A stretch of 64,000 nucleotides of DNA, taken from NCBI RefSeq assembly GCF_035594765.1, contig NC_085845.1, positions 157,868,897 to 157,932,896 on the forward strand, written 5' to 3'. This document shows, in pieces, positions 1 through 8,092 of this stretch. Source of the stretch: Anolis carolinensis. Taxonomy: Eukaryota. The position numbers were made by a program, and so were the translations under genes. A model generated the notes under the pieces. That model made no database searches. It saw only the letters and a program-made list of their open reading frames with translations, and had not been told where the DNA came from. Each line of letters opens with the position of its first letter. The first letter of the stretch is position 1.

Positions 1-636
1 AAAATTAAAAATTCAATCATAACCAAGCCCACTTTCTAGCAGGAACAATCACATGACCTGCTGGCCCTTGTTACCTCTCCCCTATCAGTTCGGGGCACTC
101 TTAAATCTTCCCCTAGCTCCAATGTGAAACTACCTATTTTGGATGGCTAGTGGCCACATGATAAAAACGCTAAAACTCATGCCAATCTTTGGCCAGAATG
201 CAGGTGAAAGACTTTTTAAAAAGTGGTTTAAGAACCAACAAGCTGGTTGATATGTGGATTGTATATTGTGATAGCAGCCAATATAAGGTGATAAGACCTT
301 AGTGTCAATTGTAGGTTTATGGTAGCAGGACAAGGTGGCTGTAGGCCCCAGGAGCTCCATCAGGTTACCTTTTCCTTTCCTCTCTTACCAAGGGCAAAAG
401 GCTTTGCATATGACTTCAATGTGTGTCTATAATTGCTGCCACTCTCTTCATCATGGGGTTTTGTGGAGGTGGTACCAGCATCTGGAAATAAGAAATAAGC
501 ATACTTCTTAAGGCAAAATAATATCAAATAAAGATTACATTTTGAGTGGGAATATGCATCTCCATAATCCCGAGAATTCAGAATGTAGGCTGGTCTTCTT
601 TACCTATTAAGCTGCTTCTGCTGAGGAGGTAAATAA

Positions 637-779
637 CATAGAATCATAGAATCATAGAATAATGGAGTTGGAATAGACCACATGGGCCATCTAGTCCAAC
701 CCCCTGCCATGCAAGAAAAACACAATCAAAGTACCCCTGACAGATGGCCATCCAACCTCTGTTCAAACGTTTCCAAGGA
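637..779 (-). mobile_element. CR1 LINE 3' end fragment
   Basis: (CATAGAAT)n, the reverse complement of the ATTCTATG tail, followed by gggccatctagtccaacccc...cagatggccatcca; same family as 23858-24313. Confidence 0.85.
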
Positions 780-859
780 GTATTGGACTATGACTCAGGA
801 GACCAGTGTTTGATTTCCTGCTTGGTTATGGAAATCCTCCTAGGGACATGGAAAACTCA

Positions 860-1009
860 GGCCTCATCAACACTGCCATATAGTCCAGTTTCTGAATCCA
901 GATTATCTCCTTTTAACTGGATTATATGGCAGTGTAGACTCATATAATCTAGTACGAAGCAGATAGTCTGGATTCAGAAGATGGGTTATATAGCAGTGTA
1001 TATGAGGCC
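860..1009. mobile_element. PIF/Harbinger-like MITE
   Basis: TIRs GGCCTCAT..ACACTGC / GCAGTGT..ATGAGGCC; 3-bp TSD TCA at 857-859 and 1010-1012; related copy near 33342-33481. Confidence 0.65.
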
Positions 1010-1764
1010 TCAGACTCTTAACGTCATAGGAAGGCAAACGCTAGCTCCTTTTGAACAAATCTTGTCAAGAAAATCTTGTATGTCTTTACCTTATGGTCTC
1101 CAAAAGTCAGAAATGACATGAAGGCACATAACCATAACATATGACATCCACCAGTTCATCGGATATAGTATTCCTTCTCATCAAAAATATAGACTATACT
1201 ATATGAAGAATAACACTGAACTACAGTAGGATTTGGGTTGAAGAGTTATGAGCATAAGAATTGCTATTTTAACAGGGAAATACAGCTTGCGGTAAAGAAG
1301 TACCACCGATGGAATTTGTAGTAGGTGCAGCATGAGTGACCATTGTTATGTTGTAATAAATGGTTGACATTTGATGTCAAGGTTTGATGGAATATTTTAC
1401 GTTTAACCTGCTGCTTTCCTTTATTTTGTTTTGAGATTGTTCGTGTTTTATATTAGTTTTTGGCAGCTGGTTTGAGAATGTTTTTGTCTTCAAAGTTGAA
1501 CTATGTTATTATTATATACTTTTTTAAATTAAACAAAATGCTCTTCAGGTTCAAGTGAACTATAACTCAGTGGTAGGGAATTTTGTTCTATTTTTATTTA
1601 ATTTTGCAAAGAAAGACTTGTCCCTGAAACTTTGGAGACACAACTCCACTTAGTAGACCCATTTCTGAGCTAGCTGGTATTCATGTAGCTGCTGGGCCAA
1701 TTGTGTGACTTGATACAAGGCACCTGCCTCTTAATTGTTTTTGTTGCAACATACTAACAGTGAT

Positions 1765-1952
1765 GGACAGGTTGCTCACCTGTAACCATGTTTCTTCGAG
1801 TGTACTCTGTGAATTCACACTAATGGAGAAGCTGCGCCTGCGCAGGTTCCGACGGAAACTCTTCCAAGCTGAAGTTCAAATTTTGGCGGTAACCACGCCC
1901 CCCTTCCCAAGGGGCATATAAGGCAGCCCCAGGCGCCCGCTCTCCAGTTCCT
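1765..1952 (-). repeat. DIRS 3' (right) ITR with terminal extension
   Basis: About 1791-1952 is the reverse complement of about 7654-7813; 1765-1790 is the extension found only here and in the ICR. Confidence 0.95.
1917..1949 (+). promoter_or_regulatory. Mirror TATA + initiator in the 3' ITR (antisense to DIRS, sense to OTOGL)
   Basis: TATAAGG at 1917-1923; the A of CCAGTT at 1946. Confidence 0.5.
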
Positions 1953-2011
1953 ACGCCGCCAAGGCAACGAGAAAGGGAGAGGTTTGCCAGAGGGGAAGGA
2001 AGGGCGGGTTT

Positions 2012-2106
2012 GTGTGAATTCACAGAGTACACTCGAAGAAACATGGTTACAGGTGAGCAACCTGTCCTTTTTCTTCGTGTACTCTGTGAATGCACACTAA
2101 TGGAGA
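2012..2106. repeat. DIRS internal complementary region (ICR)
   Basis: 2012-2067 is the exact reverse complement of 1765-1820 (56 bp); 2068-2106 is the exact reverse complement of 7777-7815 (39 bp). Confidence 0.96.
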
Positions 2107-2559
2107 CTAACACGCTAAGGTCCCGGATGGTGGGACAAGGCAAACTCGACAATCAGTGAATGTCCAAACACATGTTTATTAGGACATAGAAAAAATAACC
2201 GTCCCAAGGGACCAGTGCAATAAATTGTCCGAAAGGACCAGTGCAATGCAACATGAGCATCATAGAAGAAGAACATAACATGGAAGGAATTTTTCAATAA
2301 ACATGATAGAGAAAAATACACAATTGCGTAGTGCATATAAACGCTCTCCCAGGGGGAGAGGGACAAACACATCTTGGTCTTTGGCATATCCGCCAGGGCC
2401 AACGAGGCGGTACAAAGCAACAGAGCAACTGCTCAATACAATCATGGGAAAAAAATATATCCCTAGAGGCAGGTATGGGGAAAAAAACCCCGTCCAACTT
2501 GAAGGAGAGGTATAGAGAGTCACCTGTGGGTGAATATGAAGAGAAAAAACGTCTGAGAG

Positions 2560-5412
2560 TCAGGAGAGGCAAGATGAGAGTACTGATCTTGCAAAGGCCG
2601 AGTCTTTAAGGGCCTTACTGTCCAGCCTGTAGTGAGAGACAAACGTGAGAGGGTTTGACCAGATAGCCGCTTTACATATGGAGTCAAGCGGAATACCCCT
2701 AAGGAAGGCGGTCGACGCCGAGAGGCTCCTAGTCGACCTCGGGCGGATGGAAGGAGGGGGAGGTCGCTTGGCTAGTTCATAGGCCAACTCAATGGCCTGA
2801 GCGATCCAGTGGGACAGTCTTTGGGAAGAGATGGGATTACCCAACTTGTCCTGGGCATAGGCGACAAAGAGTCTTTGTGACTTACGAATGTCCTTAGTAC
2901 GGTCCCTGTAGAAAAGAAGTGCTCTCCGAACGTCGAGAAGGTGCAGTTTTTGCTCGAGAGGAGAGGAGGGGTTAGAGAAGAAAGCTGGTAAGACAATGTC
3001 CTGGTTGAGGTGGAAGGCTGACACCACCTTAGGAAGAAAGGTAATGTCCGGGCGAAGAACAGCGCGGTCATGGTGGAAACGAAGATAAGGCTCGTCGACT
3101 CTGAGGGCAGCGAGCTCGGATGGCCGTCGTGCCGACGTGATCGCCACCAGAAAGGCCAACTTCCAGGAGAGCAGGCGTAGATCGGTCGAGGCAAGCGGTT
3201 CGAAGGGAGCAGAAGACAGTTGAGAAAGTACAAGTTCGAGGCTCCAGCCCGGCGTAGGTGGTAGCGACGGCGGGCAGATGTTATTGTAGCCCCGGAGAAA
3301 GGTTTTGATCAGGTGGTGAGAAAAAAGAGATGGCTGGCCGTGGCGCTGAAAAGACCAGGAAAGAGCTGCGAGATAAGCTTTTATAGAGGCAAGAGAAAGT
3401 TTCTTCTCGACGAGAGTCATGAGGAAGTCGAGGACCACCGATACCGAGGTCGGGAAGGTGTCGACGTTACGGGATCGAAGGAAGGCATGAAAGCGAGAGA
3501 GTTTGTAGGAATAAGCCTTGGTAGTAGACGGCTTATGGGCTGCCCGCAGGACGTCTTGCAGATTCTGCGGAAGAGAGGCTAGGTAAGAATCCTCCATGCA
3601 GTGAGATGAAGGGAAGAAAGGTCCGGGTGAAGAATTTTGCCGTCCTCCCGTGAGAGAAGGTGCGGCGAGAGAGGCAGAGGGTGAAACGATCCTCTGGAGA
3701 GGCGAAGAAGGGCTGGATACCACGGTTGGCGGGGCCAGGCCGGAGCTATGAGAATCGCCGTGACCGAGATTGAGAGAAGTTTTTCGAGAACTTTCGGTAT
3801 GAGGGGAATCGGTGGAAAAAGATAAAGCATCTCCGCCGACCAGTCCAGAAGAAAGGCATCCCCTAGGCAGCCGGGGAAAGAGTTCGGGGGGAGCCTCGCT
3901 CCGTAGCGGGGTAGCTGAGCGTTGTGGGGAGACGCGAAGAGATCCAGAGTAGGGCGCCCCCAGAGGCGGAACAGACCGTCGAGGACCTCGGGATTGAGCT
4001 TCCATTCGTGAGAGGAAGAAGTCATCCTGCTGAGGGCATCCGCTAAGCCGTTTTGGGCGCCCGGTAGGTGGATTGCAGAGATCTGTACGCCGTGGGCTAT
4101 GCACCAAATCCAGAGACGAGAGGAGAGGAGCATCAGTTTCCTCGAACCCGTACCACCCTGTTTGTTGATGTAGAATACTGCCACTAGATTGTCCGATTGA
4201 ATGAGGATGGACTTGTGGCGGATGAGGGGGGAGAATGCTTTTAGGGCTTTGAGAATGGCGAGAAGTTCGAGGAAGTTTATGTGGTTGGCCCTCTCTGACG
4301 GGGACCAAAGATTTTGAACCGTTAGACCGTTCATGTGGGCTCCCCAAGCGTAGGTGGAGGAGTCTGTGGTTATGGTTAGCGATGGCGGGGCTGGATGGAA
4401 AGGAAGGCCCTTGCACACGTTTTGGTGAGACATCCACCATGAGAGAGACTGGCGGACGGACGACGGTACCGACAGGTATCTGGAGTTGTGGTGGTGGAAC
4501 GGTTTGAAAGTGTCTATAAACCACCTTTGCAGGGTCCGAAGGCGCAGCCTGGCAAACGGGGTCGTGAGAACCGTGGAGGCCATGTGGCCTAGAAGGACCT
4601 GAATGACACGGGCTCTGACCCTCCGGGCAGATCGACAAAGGGCGATATGGTGGCGGAGAGCCAGGAATCTGTCGAACGGAAGTGACACAGTCTCTGCGAC
4701 GGAGTCGAAGAGGGCCCCGATGAACCGGATTCGGGTTGACGGGGAGAGATTTGACTTCTCGGAATTGAGTTGGAGGCCGAGAGATTTTAGAAGACGCAGC
4801 GTGAAAGAGACGTGATTTTGGAGAAGAACCGGGTCGGGCCCGACGAGAAGCCAGTCGTCCAGATAAGGAAAGACCGTGATGCCATGTAGCCTGAGGTGGG
4901 CCGCTACGGCGGCGACAACCTTGGTGAAGACCCTCGGGGCCGTGACGAGACCGAAGGGCAAAACGGTAAACTGGTAGGTTTGGTCGAGAACTTTGAAGCA
5001 TAGGAACCGTCTGTGCGCCTCTCGTATTGCCACGTGGAAGTAGGCGTCTCGTAAGTCTATGGAGGCAAAGTAGTCTCCCCGCTGCAGCATCGGGAGGATA
5101 GAGGCAATAGAGACCATCCTGAATTTGGAGGGGCGAATGAATATATTGAGTGCCCTTAAGTCCAGAATCGGGCGTAGCCCGCCTCCTCTTTTCGGGACTG
5201 TAAAGTATCTGGAGAAGAAACTTAAAGGGTCCAGTTCGGGAGGGGAGGGACGGATAGCGCCTTTGGCCAGTAGCGCTTCGACTTCGGCCAGTATCTCTGG
5301 GGAAGGGTTTGAGTGGAGAACGTGACCTGTAGGAGGGAGGTCCATGAACTCTAAGGCGTAGCCGTCTTGGACAATGCGGAGAACCCATGCATCTGAAGTA
5401 ATAGAGTCCCAT
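2560..5412 (-). CDS. DIRS ORF3: tyrosine recombinase (C-terminal third) with a long N-terminal region overlapping ORF2
   Basis: 950 aa; ITSARRPSELAAL (catalytic R), HLLDVRRAL, PRSTRS, AAIWS, FVSHYRLD (catalytic Y, codon 2629-2631). Confidence 0.92.
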   Translation of the reverse strand: MGLYYFRCMGSPHCPRRLRLRVHGPPSYRSRSPLKPFPRDTGRSRSATGQRRYPSLPSRTGPFKFLLQILYSPEKRRRATPDSGLKGTQYIHSPLQIQDGLYCLYPPDAAAGRLLCLHRLTRRLLPRGNTRGAQTVPMLQSSRPNLPVYRFALRSRHGPEGLHQGCRRRSGPPQATWHHGLSLSGRLASRRARPGSSPKSRLFHAASSKISRPPTQFREVKSLPVNPNPVHRGPLRLRRRDCVTSVRQIPGSPPPYRPLSICPEGQSPCHSGPSRPHGLHGSHDPVCQAAPSDPAKVVYRHFQTVPPPQLQIPVGTVVRPPVSLMVDVSPKRVQGPSFPSSPAIANHNHRLLHLRLGSPHERSNGSKSLVPVREGQPHKLPRTSRHSQSPKSILPPHPPQVHPHSIGQSSGSILHQQTGWYGFEETDAPLLSSLDLVHSPRRTDLCNPPTGRPKRLSGCPQQDDFFLSRMEAQSRGPRRSVPPLGAPYSGSLRVSPQRSATPLRSEAPPELFPRLPRGCLSSGLVGGDALSFSTDSPHTESSRKTSLNLGHGDSHSSGLAPPTVVSSPSSPLQRIVSPSASLAAPSLTGGRQNSSPGPFFPSSHCMEDSYLASLPQNLQDVLRAAHKPSTTKAYSYKLSRFHAFLRSRNVDTFPTSVSVVLDFLMTLVEKKLSLASIKAYLAALSWSFQRHGQPSLFSHHLIKTFLRGYNNICPPSLPPTPGWSLELVLSQLSSAPFEPLASTDLRLLSWKLAFLVAITSARRPSELAALRVDEPYLRFHHDRAVLRPDITFLPKVVSAFHLNQDIVLPAFFSNPSSPLEQKLHLLDVRRALLFYRDRTKDIRKSQRLFVAYAQDKLGNPISSQRLSHWIAQAIELAYELAKRPPPPSIRPRSTRSLSASTAFLRGIPLDSICKAAIWSNPLTFVSHYRLDSKALKDSAFARSVLSSCLS

Positions 5413-5816
5413 TGATTGTAGAAAGGGGCTAGTCGGTCTGCAAAGATACCGAAGGGACGAGGCAGCGTGGGCTCTACAACGGTAGCGGGCGAGGAGCTTT
5501 GGCAGGGGTTGGCGTCAGGTACGCCGATTAGGCTGCGGAGGAGCAGGGGTGGATCGACCGCGTTGCTTTTGCGGATGAGGTCCCCGGCGAGGTTGGTGAT
5601 GGGCTTGATTGTTCGAGCCCGAAGGCCGCCTGAAAGAATGGTGTCTGAAAGATTGCGGCGGGAAACGGCGGGAACGGTGCGGGAACCAGCGAGTGCGCTG
5701 AGGTTGAGGTTGGTCGCCACATTTAGACGCAAGAATTTTAAAGTCATGATTAGACTTGAGTTTGTCATCGGTACCGGCGTGAAACAGTCCGAGCGCGTCA
5801 AAGGGAAGGTCCTCAA
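3579..5816 (-). CDS. DIRS ORF2: reverse transcriptase + RNase H + Dam-like methyltransferase domain
   Basis: RPILDLR, IDLRDAYFH, LPFGL, YLDD (4854-4865), TDSS..WGAH, HINFLELLA, SDN, ADALSR, DLFAS..YLFPP. The track start is TTG; the first ATG is at 5768. Confidence 0.95.
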   Translation of the reverse strand: MRTFPLTRSDCFTPVPMTNSSLIMTLKFLRLNVATNLNLSALAGSRTVPAVSRRNLSDTILSGGLRARTIKPITNLAGDLIRKSNAVDPPLLLRSLIGVPDANPCQSSSPATVVEPTLPRPFGIFADRLAPFYNQWDSITSDAWVLRIVQDGYALEFMDLPPTGHVLHSNPSPEILAEVEALLAKGAIRPSPPELDPLSFFSRYFTVPKRGGGLRPILDLRALNIFIRPSKFRMVSIASILPMLQRGDYFASIDLRDAYFHVAIREAHRRFLCFKVLDQTYQFTVLPFGLVTAPRVFTKVVAAVAAHLRLHGITVFPYLDDWLLVGPDPVLLQNHVSFTLRLLKSLGLQLNSEKSNLSPSTRIRFIGALFDSVAETVSLPFDRFLALRHHIALCRSARRVRARVIQVLLGHMASTVLTTPFARLRLRTLQRWFIDTFKPFHHHNSRYLSVPSSVRQSLSWWMSHQNVCKGLPFHPAPPSLTITTDSSTYAWGAHMNGLTVQNLWSPSERANHINFLELLAILKALKAFSPLIRHKSILIQSDNLVAVFYINKQGGTGSRKLMLLSSRLWIWCIAHGVQISAIHLPGAQNGLADALSRMTSSSHEWKLNPEVLDGLFRLWGRPTLDLFASPHNAQLPRYGARLPPNSFPGCLGDAFLLDWSAEMLYLFPPIPLIPKVLEKLLSISVTAILIAPAWPRQPWYPALLRLSRGSFHPLPLSPHLLSREDGKILHPDLSSLHLTAWRILT

Positions 5817-7617
5817 TGACCTGTCTAGAAGATGAGGAGAGACCCGAAGACCTCAGCCAGGCGTGGCGGCGAATGGAAATCGCGTGGGCAATCATTTTAC
5901 CCGCAGTATCACCTGTATGCTTCGCCATTTGTTTTTGGTGGTGAGCGAGCGAGTCTGCCTCCTGTTGGAGGGTAGTGAGGACGGAGCGGTCTTCGTCCGA
6001 CATCTTAGCGAAGAAGGGCTGCGCCTTCTCCCAGATAATTTGTTGGTAGGCACCCATGCAGGCTCCATAATTCGCCATGCGGCAAAGCAAAAGGGCTCCG
6101 GAATAAAGTTTTCGACCCACGGCGTCGAAGCGCTTCCCCTCTCTGTCGGCCGGAGTATTCGACTGACGACCTGAGGATTGAGAGGCCTTAACGACCAGGG
6201 AGTTAGGGTCGGGATGGTGTTTGAGCCACTCCAGGGTATCATCGTCGGTACGGTACCAAGTCTCGATCCTCTTCGAGGTCGGAGGAATGGAGGAAGGGTT
6301 TTTCCAGGAGGCCTGGATAACGTCCAACAGATAAGGCAGAAAGGGGAGTAGCGTGGCCGGCGGAGCTTGGGCCTGCACCCTTTTGAAGACTGGGTCAGAC
6401 ACTGCTTTGGAGGTTTGCTTGATCTCCAAACCCAGGGCGTCGGCCATCCTGACCATTTGCTCAGCGAAAGCGCGAACATTGTCAGTAGGAGAAGGCGGGT
6501 CCGCCTCATACGCGTCGTGGGGAGGAGAGAGGTCGAGACCGAGAGAGACCACCGAGGCCGAGAGGACAGAGTCTGGGCGGTCGACATCAACATCTTCCTC
6601 CCCAGCCCCTTGGGGGGACTGAGGGGGAGAAGACAGCACAGTCTCGGGAGGAGGCAAGGCCTCGCGGGAAGAGAGGGCCGGAGGCCGAAGGTCCTTAGAG
6701 GCTGAGGCCTGGGCTGCCCGAGCCAGGCGAGCCGTTTGTCTGCCACGCTCCGGTGTCGAGGTGGGAGGGAAGAGCTGTTGGCGCGACGAGCGAGGCGGCG
6801 CAAGGGGCTCCGGCACCGGCACCCTGACCACCGTTTGGGTAGAGTGGTGGGGTGAGTCCTGCAGCTCCCCATCAGACAGGGGGTGCAATGGAGACTGAGA
6901 AACATCTCTAGGCCTCTGGGCTGGTACAATAGGAGAAGACCTTCTCGAGGAAGTTGTCGAGGAAGATGGCGGGTCTTTCTTTGAGGAGGCCGAGGAGGAG
7001 GAGCGCTGAGTTAGCCGTTTCTTCGCCGGCGGTTGCTTGGATGCAACCCTCAAGGACTTGCCAGGTGTGGGAGGAACCACAGCTGAGTCGGATTGCGCTC
7101 GACGAGACTCCTCGTGAGCCCTTTTAAAGGCTATTTTGATAGCAGAGGAGGACGGAGGGGAACCGATACGAGAGCGGATCGAGGTCACCGAAGCCAGAGA
7201 GCTCGACGTTGAGGAAGGTCCCACCTTTCCGGAGCGGGTCGACACGGTCGCCGTCGTCACAGTACACGGTGGTTTGACCGGTTTAGCGGCCCTGGAGGTC
7301 TTGGACGCTCTGGACGAGACCGAGGAAGCCTTGGCTGCCGGAGGCTTAGTTGGTGGTGCCGACATAGCTCTCAAAGCTGAGGACGCCGACGTACCCGACG
7401 TCGACGGAGTCGGTTCTGGCGCGAGAGATTTTTCGTAGAGCGCCGCTCTAAGCCTAGCGGCTCTGTTCTTTCTGGCCTGAGCCGTGAGAGCTAGGCAAAA
7501 ACGGCAGGTACTGACCACATGAGCCTCGCCAAGACAGAAGAGGCACTTGGCGTGGCCGTCCGAGTCAGGAATTTTAGCAGCACACTGCGTGCAACGCTTG
7601 AAACGAGTAGTAGACAT
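5515..7617 (-). CDS. DIRS ORF1: gag-like protein
   Basis: 700 aa; N-terminal CxxC..H..CxxC..H..CxxC zinc-finger-like motif, S/P-rich linker, helical C-terminal region with RRHAWLR and DLPFD. Confidence 0.88.
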   Translation of the reverse strand: MSTTRFKRCTQCAAKIPDSDGHAKCLFCLGEAHVVSTCRFCLALTAQARKNRAARLRAALYEKSLAPEPTPSTSGTSASSALRAMSAPPTKPPAAKASSVSSRASKTSRAAKPVKPPCTVTTATVSTRSGKVGPSSTSSSLASVTSIRSRIGSPPSSSAIKIAFKRAHEESRRAQSDSAVVPPTPGKSLRVASKQPPAKKRLTQRSSSSASSKKDPPSSSTTSSRRSSPIVPAQRPRDVSQSPLHPLSDGELQDSPHHSTQTVVRVPVPEPLAPPRSSRQQLFPPTSTPERGRQTARLARAAQASASKDLRPPALSSREALPPPETVLSSPPQSPQGAGEEDVDVDRPDSVLSASVVSLGLDLSPPHDAYEADPPSPTDNVRAFAEQMVRMADALGLEIKQTSKAVSDPVFKRVQAQAPPATLLPFLPYLLDVIQASWKNPSSIPPTSKRIETWYRTDDDTLEWLKHHPDPNSLVVKASQSSGRQSNTPADREGKRFDAVGRKLYSGALLLCRMANYGACMGAYQQIIWEKAQPFFAKMSDEDRSVLTTLQQEADSLAHHQKQMAKHTGDTAGKMIAHAISIRRHAWLRSSGLSSSSRQVIEDLPFDALGLFHAGTDDKLKSNHDFKILASKCGDQPQPQRTRWFPHRSRRFPPQSFRHHSFRRPSGSNNQAHHQPRRGPHPQKQRGRSTPAPPQPNRRT

Positions 7618-7653
7618 GCGAAGAGTCCGAAGTGAACCTTGCGGCGGAAAAAA

Positions 7654-7815
7654 AGGAACTGGAGAGCGGGCGCCTGGGGCTGCCTTATATGCCCCTTGGG
7701 AAGGGGGGCGTGGTTACCGCCAAAATTTGAACTTCAGCTTGGAAGAGTTTCCGTCGGAACCTGCGCAGGCGCAGCTTCTCCATTAGTGTGCATTCACAGA
7801 GTACACGAAGAAAAA
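7654..7815 (-). repeat. DIRS 5' (left) ITR
   Basis: Inverted copy of about 1791-1952; begins TTTTTCTTCG on the - strand. Confidence 0.95.
7657..7689 (-). promoter_or_regulatory. Putative TATA box + initiator in the 5' ITR (sense promoter)
   Basis: TATAAGG at 7689-7683; the A of CCAGTT at 7660 is 29 nt downstream; ORF1 ATG at 7617. Confidence 0.6.
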
Positions 7816-8092
7816 AGAGGTTACTCTAACCAGTAACAGCTGCAGAAAATTATTCTGTATATGTCTAAAATGAGTTGATTGAGCAACCATGTAGTAATTA
7901 TTTTTGTCACAAATGTTCTTTCTTCTTCCTGCTGATTGACCTTGTAATCATTTTTTTCCCACTTGTTCCACCTTTCTGCAATAGGCAAAAGATCTCATTA
8001 CATTTGGCAATGGTTTTGCATTTTTCTGGCTGAATCTACTCCAAATCAGCGATTTCAGACTCATTTACCTTTATGTACTAGGCCCCTTCAAA

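Larger units (their letters stand above)
1765..7815 (-). mobile_element. Full-length DIRS1-type tyrosine-recombinase retrotransposon, antisense in an OTOGL intron
   Basis: ITRs, ICR and three uninterrupted overlapping ORFs (gag-like, RT-RH-MT, YR); no TSD; CpG-rich against AT-rich flanks. Confidence 0.97.

Noticed and set aside
2227-2238. GTCC-GAAA-GGAC resembling hammerhead stem II
   Set aside because: No flanking CTGAnGA or GAAA core on either strand.
5892-6929. 345-aa alternative-frame ORF inside DIRS ORF1, plus the + strand ORFs across the element
   Set aside because: No recognisable motifs; such ORFs are expected in GC-rich coding DNA.
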